Assembly: GCA_028534125.1 (NCBI GenBank)
Contig: CM052837.1
Coordinates: 21,948,001-22,012,000 of the forward strand
From: Lama glama
Taxonomy: Eukaryota
Length of the DNA: 64,000 bases
Direction of reading: 5' to 3'
Below the pieces are notes generated by a model that worked only from the letters and a program-made list of their open reading frames with translations, was not told where the DNA came from and did no database searches. The first letter of the stretch is position 1. Each line of letters begins with the position of its first letter. Shown here piece by piece: positions 25,075 through 37,220 of this stretch. A program made the translations under genes and the position numbers.

Positions 25075-25950
25075 GTGATTCCTACTCATATCATAAAGTC
25101 CATCCTTTCAAAGTGTACTATTTGTTTTTTTAATACTTGCATAACTGTGCAACCATCACCCCAGTCAATATTAGAATATTTTTATCACCCCCCCAAACAA
25201 ACCCTATACTGTTTTAACTATCACCTCCAAATTCCCCATGCCCCCTCAGCCCTAGGCAACCACTACTCTACATTTTGTCTTTATAGATTTGCCTATTCTG
25301 GATATTTTATATATGTGTAATGTTTTCAAGATTTATCCATGTGTAGCATGTAACAGTACNNNNNNNNNNNNNNNNNNNNNNNNNNNNNNNNNNNNNNNNN
25401 NNNNNNNNNNNNNNNNNNNNNNNNNNNNNNNNNNNNNNNNNNNNNNNNNNNNNNNNNNNNNNNNNNNNNNNNNNNNNNNNNNNNNNNNNNNNNNNNNNNN
25501 NNNNNNNNNNNNNNNNNNNNNNNNNNNNNNNNNNNNNNNNNNATCTAGGAGTGGACTTGCTGAGACATATGGTAATTCTGTTTGACTTTTTAAGGAACCA
25601 CTACACGTTTTAAATTGACTGCACCATTTTATGTTCCTACCAGCATTGTATGAGGATTCTAATTTTTCCACATCGTCACCAATACTTGTTGTTGTTGTTT
25701 TTTTTTTTTTACCAATACCTGTTAATTTCCTTTTTTTGTTGTTGGATTATAGACATCCCAATCGGTGTGAAGTGCTAACTCATTGTGGTTCTGATTTGCA
25801 TTTCCTGATGATTAATGATGCTGAGCATTTTTTTCTTGTTCTTATTGGCTATTATGAATCTTCTTTGGAGAAGTATCTGTTTAGATCCTTTACCCATTTT
25901 AAAACTGGGTGTTTTTATTGTTGAGTTGTAAGAATGATTGCTATTTATAT
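25075..25950 (-). mobile_element. Old L1 (L1MB-like) 3' region spanning a gap
   Basis: cagccctaggcaaccactact...ttgcctattctggatattt...cattgtggttctgatttgcatttcctgatgattaatgatgctgagcat. Confidence 0.9.
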
Positions 25951-27206
25951 TTAATAAGGGCAATTGTTCCTCTTGCCCTCATTTTCTTTTTTCTTTTTCT
26001 CCTTCTCCTTCAGAGTTATCATGGTTGTCCTTTGCTCTCAACACATCTTTAAGAATTTTAGGATCAACTTGTTATATATGTCACAAAATATATACATATT
26101 TAATTTTGGAAGAATTTTCATTGAATTATGAGATAGATTGCTTTGGGAGAGAACTGCCATCTTCAGATTATTGTCTCCCATCTATGAACATGGTATATCT
26201 CTCCCTTTGTTTGGATCTTTTTTAATGTCATATTCTGACAGGCTTCAGCTGCATTCTCTTATGGGGAAATTCACTGCTGTTCAGTTATGGGCATGACCTT
26301 GCAAAGCCCTCTTCCCTAGGGTTGAAGTCCTGCATCAGTTACATTGGTTTAACAGTTGCTTTTCCTTCTCACATAATCTCTGATATCTTCATATTCAGAT
26401 TTTAGCACTTTCGAAAACTCCAAGTGTTCCCAGACCCCTGAACTTGGAAGAAGATGGAGAGGTAGTATCATCTTCCATCAAAATATTCCAGATTTTCAGG
26501 AAAAAGTCTGGGTTGGAGCTTAGGATATAAAAATTGGTGGGATGGATCTTGCCTTCAAAAAGTCTTGACATGTCTTGAAGGATGCTAACCTATAGACAAA
26601 TGGTTAAGTCTCCAGATCAGTGAAGTATTTTCGTATTGGTGAAAGAAGTTACCTCTTAAAAGTTGACCACTGCTTCTGTGCTGTAGAGAGGGATGGGAAG
26701 TTATTGTGAAGACTATCTCTGGAAATAGGGACACAAGGCAGATTAAAGTGAGTCAACCAGCAGCTTTGGAGAAGTTGGTAAGCAGAAAGTTGTTATGGTT
26801 TCACCAAGTCCCTACTTCTTAATGCCTGGAACTAGAAAGCCACCAGGTAGAGGATGAGCAAATATTCACATGGGGCTATGAAACGTGAGAGAAGGAACAC
26901 GATTCTTTGACTTTCTAGGTTATGAGAACTTCTTGGACTGAACAAGATGTGCAGGGCAGAAGTGAGTAGGGCAGAAAGAGCATGAAGGGAGAACATGGAA
27001 GATGAGGGGAGCCTAGACTTTTGACCAGGACCCAGAATGTGTGACAAAGAATGATCCTGGACATGTCACTGCAGCTGAGACTGGGAGCCTCCTCTGACCC
27101 ATCCTCAGATGGAAATGTGTTGCAAAGAATGACGATAGTGACTCCATCCTGCTCCCCACCAAGAAGGCTTCTTCTGGGGCTTTCTTTTCTGAGGTATGTC
27201 ACCTCT

Positions 27207-27225
27207 CAGCCTCTAGGTGGCGCAC
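27207..27225 (+). promoter_or_regulatory. Candidate CTCF motif
   Basis: cagCCTCTAGGTGGCGCac is a close match to the CTCF core, including the retained CpG. Confidence 0.5.
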
Positions 27226-27469
27226 CTGAGTTCTAGCAGCCCTAGTCTGTGAAAAGAGCAGGACTGACTCACAGAACTAGGAGCTAGCAAAAAGCAGTGG
27301 TCCTGGGGAGACTAGAAGGATATCCTGAGAATGCATGGCGGGCAGGAAGCTCAAGCCAGTGTTTCTTCATAATTAAAAACCCCCTAATCCCAAGTGGGTA
27401 AAGCAGATATATCAGTTACAGCGATAATATAGAGGGTCGAGCAGTAGAAGGATGTTAATTAAGTTTTCA

Positions 27470-28240
27470 TGCAGTACATGTTTATTAAATGTCTACTGTG
27501 TGTCAGGAAGTGTTCTAGGTGCTGGACAAGCACATAGCAGTCAACAAAAATAAAGGCCTTGTCTGCATTCTAGTCGGAGAGATAGGCAGTAAACAGATAA
27601 ATAGATGCTTGGGTACAAAGCACAGAGGAGACAAGAGGAGGAATTGAGGAGAAGCCAGAGGCACTAGGGGATGGGTTCTCAGAATAGGGGCTTCCAAGAT
27701 GGAATAGGAGCCCACAATGTCGATCCAGCCAGTGGAGTGGAAATAGAAAGGAGAGGGCAATGGGGACTGAGGAAAAATGTGCTCAGACCTGGGGGGTGGT
27801 TCTCATCAAATGGAGGATGGGCTTGGGAAACCATCTGGGAATCATTCCATCTTGCTGGATGCGAGGTGCAGGGAGTGAGGCTGCAGAGATATTTAGCAAC
27901 CTAGTTGTGGTTGGACAAGCTATAGGATTTGAGCTTTGCTCAGTGGTGATGGGAAAGCAGGGAAGGGAGATTTTAAGTGCAGGAGTAGGGTGGGCAGATT
28001 TGCTGGCAGCATCTTAGGGGATGAGTTGGAGCGGGACCAGGCTAAGTCAGGGAGACCAGCTGGAAGCAGGATGGGCTGCTGTCCAGGAGAGGTCGGAGAA
28101 GAGAGGAGGCGCCTGAGCTAATAGTGTCAGCGAAGATGGAGGGAAGGAGGTAGGTTCCACTGAATTTGGTGAGTGATTGGACAGGGGGCTGGGGGGACAG
28201 GGGAGTCAGCATCGTGCCCTGGCCCCCGGCCTGGGTGACC
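27470..28240 (-). mobile_element. L2 LINE fragment
   Basis: tttattaaatgtctactgtgtgtcagg...gttctaggtgctgg...ggagaccagctggaagc...gaatttggtgagtgattgga. Confidence 0.7.
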
Positions 28241-28529
28241 ACTAGCAGAGCCTGAGATGGCTTCCTTAGCCCCATGTGGGCATCTTCCTGACCCAAAAGC
28301 CATTTTTATTACTTTCCAGTGTGTAGAGGAACCAGAACTGAACTAATAAAGTGCCGCAGTTCTGCTTTAATGAGCAGAGAAGAGTAATTTGTAATTAGCA
28401 TGTACATTATTTGTACGTAATGGGTGCTTCCAAAGTCCTTGTGGGGGTTGTTTGTCTTCCTAAGTATTTAGACCCCCCTCCTCCCAACCATCTTGTTTAT
28501 GCTGTTTATTTGTACTCTCTCTTCCTAAA

Positions 28530-28900
28530 AATACACACACACAGGCGCATATTTGCACATTCATTCACCTGCTGCTGTCTGCAGATTGTATGTGGCCAGA
28601 ATGGGACACACAGGAGTGTGTATCCACCTTTTTTGCTCACTCATAAGTGTAACCCCACACTTGCATGTACCAGCACCAGGTACCCAGATACTTGTGCCTA
28701 CATGTACATGTGTGCGTGCACACACTCCCTGGGCACACATATCCAGGAAGCACAAGTACATGGAACATGTGTGCTCACAGGAAGCCCACAGTGGCAAGCT
28801 TCCATCCATAAGCCAGCCCAAGTACGTGCATGTAGAGACACACAGGTCTACATGCACACGTGTCCATCCAGGTACTCACACACTACTCACACACATGCTG
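28530..28900 (+). repeat. Degenerate (CA/TG) purine-pyrimidine microsatellite region
   Basis: Repeated cacacac/catgtac/gcacacg motifs. Confidence 0.7.
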
Positions 28901-28980
28901 GGAAGGGTCAGGGATTCAGGTGGTCCTTCCCTCCTCAAGTACTGATGCTATCAGGCCTTCATCTTTTGGTCTTGTCCAAA

Positions 28981-29476
28981 TGTAATAAGGAAGATCAAAT
29001 CTGACTTCATATTAGATCTGCTCCTTTAGCTCTAACCCTGGGCTCTGTTTCCTGCGCTCAGTCATGCTGGTGCTGCGCCTTTTGTAACAGAATGTTGCCT
29101 AGAGCCTGAGATACACAGGAGAGACCATTCTCAAGGCTCTGACCTTTAAGGGTATAACACTTTTCCATTCATCTAGAGATGAAAAGTTGCAGAACAGAGA
29201 ATAACATTTGTCTTCTTGGAGGTTTACAGGAACATCATGACCTGACCTATGTGGATGGCTGCAAGAACAAAGGATTTTGACACCAAGAAGTTTGCAACAA
29301 CCAACCACATCCCCTCCCCTTTTAATATAAAAGGAGCCTTAATGTTGGGACTCTAGTCCACTGTTTTCTCGGTGAGCTGGCTTTCTGAATAAAGTGGCTG
29401 TTTCTTGCTCCAAGAACTCAACCCTTGATGTATTGGCCTGTGTGTGGCCCGCAGTATGAGCTTGGACTTGGTAACA
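28981..29476 (+). mobile_element. ERV1-type solo LTR, 496 bp
   Basis: TG...CA ends (tgtaataagg...ggtaaca), TATA-like aatataaaagg near 29325, AATAAA near 29388, near-perfect 4-bp TSD caaa/taaa. Confidence 0.85.
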
Positions 29477-29509
29477 TAAAGATTTGAGGTTTTAAATCTT
29501 TACCTTCTT

Positions 29510-29580
29510 GCCCAAGGCCCCAGCAATTAACCTTTTGCTACTCCTGGGTGCCGGGAACTACATGCCTGATGTGCACCCCA
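29510..29580 (+). repeat. Locally templated 71-bp insertion (copy of 31315-31353 followed by copy of 31008-31043)
   Basis: Direct string matches: 39/39 and 35/36 identical, overlapping at TGGG. Confidence 0.9.
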
Positions 29581-31164
29581 CAGGCACCCCATCTTGCCTG
29601 TGTGAGGGTCAGCTACCATTGCAGTGGGTAATGTTCTCTCCCAGTTACGCTCCTGGCTAGCTGGGCTTATGAAAGGTCTGGAGAATCGAGGTCCTACATG
29701 TACCATAGCAACAGGTCAAAAAGTAGACTTTTGCCTCCTTGGGCCCAGGGCTCTGCTTGGGCAATAAGCAATAGTCTTAGTTATTACCATGGTTTTTGGC
29801 CCCTCAGGCAAAAACTCTGCACAATGATCAGGAAGATGCAAAACAAACACAGTCTGAGCACTAATGATGCACCAGAGCTTTTCATCAACATTACATCAAC
29901 TCTTTCTCTTAGGATTTTGAGGGCAGCACTGTTCTGCCTATTTATTCAGAAATGGAAACAGAAGTTCAAAGAAATGAAAGCATTTTCTCAAAGCTGCACA
30001 GAAATGGGCTCGAGCCCAGAGGAGTCTCTTACATTATTTAATCTCTGCTTCTCCTCAGCAAACCACCTCCTGACCTGCTGGTCTTCTCAAACGCAGGGCC
30101 TGCTGGAACAAAGGGGAGAGGATGATAGCTTGCAATGGTCCTTGCGGCCTCTGACCTCTCGTGGGGCATCTCCTTGGGGGATGAAGAGCAAAGATGAGGT
30201 GCTCCATTCACTCAAGGGCCAGAGATGGTTCTTCCTGGAGAAAATTCTCTCTTCCTGACGATGTTGACTTTTGACGTGACCCCAGAAAAGCAGCTGGTAA
30301 AGTATTACTTTCTCTGAGGATCTGATTGGACAACATTCCTCAGGTTCTCCCTGGGCTCCCTGTTCCTAAAATCAAGAAAATTGGGTTTGGAACCATTTAT
30401 GCTAAGACCTGTGTTCCCAGTGGAAATGAAAATCAACAGGACACTTTCATCGTGTCAGAAACATCACATTCCTTAAAGTTCCTAAGCTGCCCAGTTGGTC
30501 ACCTTCCAGTCATTGGCTACTTACTGTCAAGCCAAGCGTTATGCTTGGATTCTGGGCACAGGCAGAGTGGAAGCGTTGAAGAAGGCACCAGGCCCCCTTC
30601 GGTTTACATTATTGGAAGTATCTTTAAGAAAAAAAAAGTAGCACCAGTGTTTTTACAACTCTTCTTTCATTTTAGCCTTAGGATGCCTGATGAAGGAAGT
30701 CATCATAGCAATTATAGTGACAACAGCTGATGGTTACTGAATAGTTACCACGGCCATTCCCACCATGGCCTTAATGTGCTAAATACTTCATGTGCCACGG
30801 TCCATTCTATCCTCACACGAACTCTGCAGAGTACTAGTCCTAGAATAGGGCACTACAGCTCTGATTTTACTTTTGAGAAACGAAGGAGGAGGGAGGTGAA
30901 GGGAGCTGAACAGGGCCGCAGGTCAGTTCTAGTCTGACTTTGAAGACTGCTCTCCTGTCCCTGCACCATCCAAGGTTAGAGCTGGCAAGGAGGGATGGAG
31001 TGGGGTGTGGGTGCCGGGAACTACACGCCTGATGTGCACCCCAAGTCTCTGTGACTCTAATGTCAAGCCATACTTTCCAACCGAGTCATCTGGCTGTGGG
31101 ACTTCCAGCCAGAGCATAGGAAAGGGGCCCATGCCTCCCTTGATCATACTGCTTGTCTAAGAGT

Positions 31165-31232
31165 GTTGGCCAGTTTCCATGGTGTAAATACTTACACTGT
31201 GGTCAGTTTCAAGCTACCGACTGCTTGACAAC
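31165..31232 (-). mobile_element. MER63-like hAT fragment
   Basis: ccagtttccatggtgtaaatacttacactgtggtcagtttcaagctacc matches antisense MER63 text. Confidence 0.6.
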
Positions 31233-32142
31233 AGGGAGAGAAGGGGCTGGGGGAGAGGCATCTCTAATGAGCGCATGTTGAACACTTGGTTCTCTGGCTC
31301 CGACCCACGGCAGAGCCCAAGGCCCCAGCAATTAACCTTTTGCTACTCCTGGGCTCTGCAGAGGCCAGGCCGTGGGAACAGAACACCAGAAGGATATTTC
31401 GAGGCAGATTCTCCGTTGCCTCAGCCATGAAGCTGATGGTGTTTTACTTCTTCCTTTGTCTCCCTCGGGGAGAAAACAAAGAGTGGATCCCAGAAAGGCC
31501 AGGGCCTCTAAACTCTCAGTAAATGCCTTTGAAAAGAGAGGAAGGTGGCTGGATCTGCCACAGAGAGTGAGCAAGGAGGGGTCTCCGGAGGCCAGGGCCG
31601 GGGGCTCCGGGAGTGGAGGACAGAGCAGAGCTGGCGGGCTTGGAGGAAACGACTGGCGGAAGGCCTCCCGGACCCTCCATCCTGTCTCCGTCACTCCCAC
31701 ACAGATTAACGAGCCCCAGGATGCCCCTGGTGTTGGCCAGCCGGGCTTGGGGCCTCCCCAAAATAGACAGGACGCCTGGCGCCTCCCACCGTGGTCCCAG
31801 CTATTGTCTTTATGAGCCTCGTGGGTTCAGGGATCACATCCTAACACTTCCTCTTGCTGTTTAATCACCATCCTGATGGATGGACACTTGCACAGATAGC
31901 CTGGGGGCTGTTGAGGGCAATGCAGACTCTGGGCAGCCAGCCCCCACGGTGTGCACGCGGGGCGATCTGGCACCGCCGCACCTGTGTCTGGGAAGGGGAA
32001 ATGGGGCTCCTGTGGAGTCTTTGCAAGGATTTAGAGGTCCTTTTTGGCTGAGGCCGGTGGAGGAGTAGGGGGCGTGGAGGGTGGGGGCAGGACCGGGCTC
32101 AGAGTTGGTGCCGTGGTGGGGGGGCAGTGTGTGGGCCAGAGT

Positions 32143-32160
32143 CAGCCACTAGGGGGCAGG
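32143..32160 (+). promoter_or_regulatory. Strong CTCF motif
   Basis: cagCCACTAGGGGGCAGg matches the core CCASYAGRKGGCRS exactly, in a GC-rich non-repeat region. Confidence 0.65.
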
Positions 32161-33229
32161 CCCTGACAGCAGGTGGACCAGCCTAAATCCTGTCAAAGCT
32201 CAAAAAAACCCCAAAACCCAAAAACCAAAAAACCCCACAACTCAAAAAACCCGACAGTAGGAGGATTGACGGTCACAGAAAGTGGGGCGCTCTGGGTCTG
32301 GGGACTCTCTCTGGGGTCTGGTCAGCTGCAGACAGAGCCAAGGCCCAGGGAAATCTGGGAAGGGAGGAGGATAAGGGAGCTAGAAGGCCTTGTGTAGTTT
32401 CCTTTTGTCTTCTCAGTCTGCGAGGATGGGATAATGAGGAGCTCCATCACAGCTGGACAGGGCTGGGGAACTGGCTGCTGCGGGAGGCATCGTGGGGAGG
32501 AAGAAAATCCAGGGATCGAGTCTGGAGTTCGTAGCTGCATCCTAGGGACATGATCCAGATGTTGGAACCCGGGTGTGAGGATGTAGAAGCCTGAAGGGCC
32601 CTTCTCGGCTGTGTCCTCTTGGGCCTGCCTGTCCAGGTCAGCTGCCTGTTAGCCCAGCAGTGCTGAGCTTAGTTTTTTTCAGCTTCTCCAAAGAAGTCCC
32701 TGCCCTTTCTGCCCTTAGGTCTGGCTGATTCTGGCATCTTAGGGGCCTTCGGAGCCTGCTGCCTATTCAGGATAGAATTTTCCAAGAGCTGGAGCTGGAA
32801 ATCAGAGGGTTTGGGATTCACACTGAGGAGAGAAGAGTGGGAAACCCGCCCACCACTAGAGACCTGATAGAGCCAGAGGCCTGNNNNNNNNNNNNNNNNN
32901 NNNNNNNNNNNNNNNNNNNNNNNNNNNNNNNNNNNNNNNNNNNNNNNNNNNNNNNNNNNNNNNNNNNNNNNNNNNNNNNNNNNNNNNNNNNNNNNNNNNN
33001 NNNNNNNNNNNNNNNNNNNNNNATTGAAGCTTACTCTGCGCCAGGCTCTCTTCTAGGACCTGAGAATACAACCAGGAACATGGCAGAAAAAGTCTCTGAC
33101 CTCATGGGAACTGCATTTGAATGGCAGCATCCCATGGACAAGCCAGATCACTCACATGATGTGAGGGTGGAAACAGATGGTTCTTCTCTTCAGCTATCAA
33201 GGCAGCAAGCTCCCTCCACTCCCTGACCT

Positions 33230-33690
33230 GCTACATACGGCACATTTCCAATACACGTGAATATCCCTCAAGCCCACGCATGCTCATGGTGCATCCTCTT
33301 TGAAAGCAACACATCTGCAGGGTCACGTGTGCACACACACATACGTGAAAGCACGACTATCTAGATACTTGTGTACACAGGCACACAACTGCACACATGC
33401 ACACATACATGGACACACAAACACATGCACACACACACGTGTGTATCTGGTCACTCACTCAAGCACACTGGCATATGCATATAGCAAATGTGAATACATA
33501 GTCTTGCTTCAATAAAAAAATAAACAAAAAAACTTCAATGAAAATACATATAAACAAAAAATACATATTCTTGGGGACAGTTTGGCTCTGTGTGCATAGG
33601 ACAAGGGCACAGGTGCCCACATATACACCCATTCTTGCACACGGGTCACGTGCACATGGGCCTTCACGTGTGCACACGTGCATGTCAATA
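33230..33690 (+). repeat. Degenerate (CA)n/RY repeat region containing six CACGTG
   Basis: cacacac/gcacacatgc repeats; CACGTG at 33254, 33324, 33436, 33647, 33665, 33675. Confidence 0.75.
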
Positions 33691-34541
33691 TCCCCTCTGA
33701 CTTTGACCTTGCCCCAAAGCCACCACACCTGACCGTTGCCCCATCCTATCCTGGGGAATTATCCAGATCTCTGACAAGAGNNNNNNNNNNNNNNNNNNNN
33801 NNNNNNNNNNNNNNNNNNNNNNNNNNNNNNNNNNNNNNNNNNNNNNNNNNNNNNNNNNNNNNNNNNNNNNNNNNNNNNNNNNNNNNNNNNNNNNNNNNNN
33901 NNNNNNNNNNNNNNNNNNNNCGCGCACCGCTTTAATATGGGCCTCTAAATGTCTTCTCCCTGAAGGATTAGTAACTTAATCACCCACCAGTGATAACTGC
34001 TTCCCAGGCTGAGCTGGGAGGCTTCCCGCTCCACGGCAGCCTGGCTGGGAACGGGCTGGGGGCCCAGAGGCACCTCGGCCTCCCGTGCCTCCTCTCCCCG
34101 TGTCATTCATCATGGGGAGCGCAGTGCTCTGCCTTCTCTGGTGGCAACAAGACCCTCAGAGACCCGCTCCTTTCCCTCTTGGATCTGATGCTCTGTTTGT
34201 GGTCTGGGTGGGGGTCTGTCACCCTGGGAGTCTGAATGAGCTGGATACAGGCTCTGACTCTGAGCCTCCCAGAGCCTCGCTGAGTCCCTTGCTCCTGAGA
34301 ACACTGGCCCTGGAATCCTGGGGCCAGCTGAGCCTCTGAGGACAATCCAGAGCCTGGCCTGTCTTCCAGAAGCAGGCTGACATGGGCCAGAGTTTCCCTG
34401 TGCACTGCCTGGGGGAGCAAGGAAGGCCCAGCCCGGCGTGCTGTTGGAGGGTGACCCGCTGTCCCGGGTCGCCTGGGATTGAGGGATCTCCAGGACATGG
34501 AATTGCCAGGGCAAAAACCAGTCCCCAGGGAACGGGGACAG

Positions 34542-34560
34542 CTACTCCCCCTGGCGGTGG
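34542..34560 (-). promoter_or_regulatory. Candidate CTCF motif
   Basis: Reverse strand reads ccaCCGCCAGGGGGAGTag. Confidence 0.35.
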
Positions 34561-34904
34561 GGCCATCTCTACCTCCAGATGGAAATCATCCTTAGCATTT
34601 ATCGAGTGATTACTTTATGCTAGGAGCTTGACATACATTATCTTGTTGAATTTTGATACAATTTTATGGGGATCAGTTCTATTAACATACTCATTTAAAG
34701 TAAGAAAACTGAAACTCAGTTTTTTTTTTTCAACCTTATCTGAGATCTCGTAGGGGTAAAGATAGCCAGAGTAATAGCAGCTAATATGTGTAAGAGCTTG
34801 CTTCGTAAGAAGGACTTATTCTAAAGCTCAAGGTGCACCCCCACAGCAGCCTTGGAGACAGGCATCATTTGGGGGCATACATCATTTCTCTTATTTTTCA
34901 AAAT

Positions 34905-35506
34905 CTAATGTTTTTAATCGAAGTATAGTTAAAGTACAATATTATGTAAGTTGTAGGCATACAGTATAGTAATTCAATTTTTAAAGAGTATACTCCATTT
35001 ATAGTTATTATAAAATATTGGATATAGTCCCCATGCTGTACAGTATATCCTTGTAGCTTGTTTTATACCTAATAGTATGTATTTCTTAATTCCCTTTCTC
35101 TGTATTGCCCATCCTCCTCCCCCTCTTCCCTCTGGTAACCACTAGTTTGTTTTCTGTATCTGTCACTTTTCTGTTATATTCACTAGTTTATTGTATTTTG
35201 TAGATTCCACATATAAGTGATACCATACACCATTTGTCTGTCTTTGTCTGACTTATTTCACTTTGCCTAATACCCTCCCAGTCCATCCATGTTGCTGCAA
35301 GTGGCAAAATTTTATTCTTTTTTATGGCTGAGTAATATTCCATTGTATATATAGACCACATCTTCTTAATCCATGCATTTGTTGATGGACATTAAAGTTG
35401 CTTCCTAAATCTTAGCAATTATAAATAATGCAGCTATGAACATTGGGGTGCATGTATCTTTTCAAATTAGTGTTTTTGTTTTTATCAGATAGACTCCCAG
35501 GGGTAG
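34905..35506 (-). mobile_element. Cetartiodactyl-type L1 3' region, running into a gap
   Basis: gaagtatagttaaagtacaatattatgtaag...tagattccacatataagtgata...gtccatccatgttgctgcaagtggcaaaatttt...gctatgaacattggggtgcatgtatcttttcaaattag. Confidence 0.9.
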
Positions 35507-37029
35507 NNNNNNNNNNNNNNNNNNNNNNNNNNNNNNNNNNNNNNNNNNNNNNNNNNNNNNNNNNNNNNNNNNNNNNNNNNNNNNNNNNNNNNNNNNNNNN
35601 NNNNNNNNNNNNNNNNNNNNNNNNNNNNNNNNNNNNNNNNNNNNNNNNNTTATCATTCCTACTTTATAGATGAGAAGACTGACGCTCACAGAAGTGAAGG
35701 TTACTGTGAGTCAGGGCTAGAGCTGGGATTCTGAACGCAGGGGTGTCTCCCCCTCCAATGCCCACTGTACTGACCTGCCAATGAGGGGGCCCCCAAGTTC
35801 TTTTCTTCTAGATGATGTGAGGAGACCTGGGCAGTGGGTTTCTGGGCATTGGAGTTACTGAGCCAAGTATGGCACCTTCTCAACACAACTCCTGCCCTTG
35901 GGTGTCCAGACTAGCTACGGCCACTCCCTGAATAAGGGTTTCCAGGACAGACACCCATCTCCATTTTTAGTGCCATGGTTCCTGGCATTGGTCCTTGAAT
36001 GGATTCTGCAAGTGGTGGTGAGGTCTGTGAGTTTTGTAGACCCATCTTCGTGCCCAGCCCTGCTGAGGCCTCACGTGGCACATAGCAACAACCTCTTCAA
36101 AGGTCAGTCTCTGTTCTGCCTCTCCATTCCCTCCCTTCCCCTACCCTGAGGCAGGATGTCTAAATGTACCTCCGCGTTGTCACTCCGAAATACATACTTG
36201 GAGAGGAAGATGCCCTTTGGGAGACGGAATAAAATTGGTGAGATCTAAGAGTGAGACACTGCCAGATGTACACATTCTTATCTAACCCAAAGACATCCCA
36301 AGGGGTTGGAATTATTCCCATTTTATAGCTCAGGGAACTGAGGTACCAGGGGTAGAGGGGTCGCCCAAGGCCATGCGCTTAGTCCACGGCAGGCTGAAGT
36401 TTAGGAGTCAGGCTGTCTGAGTCCATATCCTGCACTCACCCCCTGGCCGGGGGCTACTGTGATCCAGAGAGTAGTGGCTTCAGATCTTCAACTTTCTCAG
36501 TCTCTCTGGGGAGGCAGCTCAGCGGGGTGGTGGTGCTCATGGCCTGAAGCTTGAGGCTGTTCCATAGCTCATGGGACCTGGGGCTGAGGTCTCTTCATCT
36601 TCTCCTTGGAACAGGGGTTCTCACCGTCCCCACTTCATAGCCCTGATGCCATGGTCTCATAAGGCGTTCAGCTTGGGGCCATGGTGCAGAGCTAAGAGAC
36701 TTAATAAATAGTGGCTCTCATGACTATCTTTTATTATTTCTGATGGTTTGGAAGGAGGATCCACAGAATTCAACACCGTAGGCTATCAGGTCCTGCCTCC
36801 CATCTGCATTTCTCGCTGCCTGAGCCCTTGAGTTTCCCATTCACTTAATAGGTCTGGAAAGAAGAGAGCTGGTTGTTCACGGATCCCGAGGTCAATCAAC
36901 AATCTCCCTCTCACCACTCCTGTCCCCTAGAATCGATGTGCGTGTATTGAACACCGAGGCTGCGCGGGGCCCTGAAGCTGCCTCTGCGGTGGTTTCATCC
37001 TCTGGCTGAGCAGGGCTGAGGAGCTAAGA

Positions 37030-37220
37030 CAGCAGTTCTCCAGGTGCGGACCCTGTACCAGCAGCATCAGCATCAGCTGCGGATGTGTTACAGACACCGG
37101 TTCTCGGGCTCACCCCAAGTCCGTAACTGAATCAGAAACCATGCGGGCAGGGCCCAGGGAACAGTGTTTTGATGAGTATTCCAGATAATTCTAAGGCATG
37201 CTAAGGTTTGAGAAACATGG
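37030..37220. mobile_element. MER5A hAT-Charlie MITE
   Basis: cagcagttctc...ccagcagcatcagcatc...ctgaatcagaaac...aggtttgagaaacatgg; ends resemble MER5A terminal inverted repeats. Confidence 0.8.

Noticed and set aside
28411-29004. 197-aa His/Thr/Cys-rich ORF, and the similar one at 52607-53113
   Set aside because: Translation of degenerate (CA/TG)n repeats.
29698-30730. 186-aa and 134-aa ORFs downstream of the solo LTR as a possible LTR-driven gene
   Set aside because: No domain similarity, partly MIR-like sequence, and no splice or expression evidence visible.
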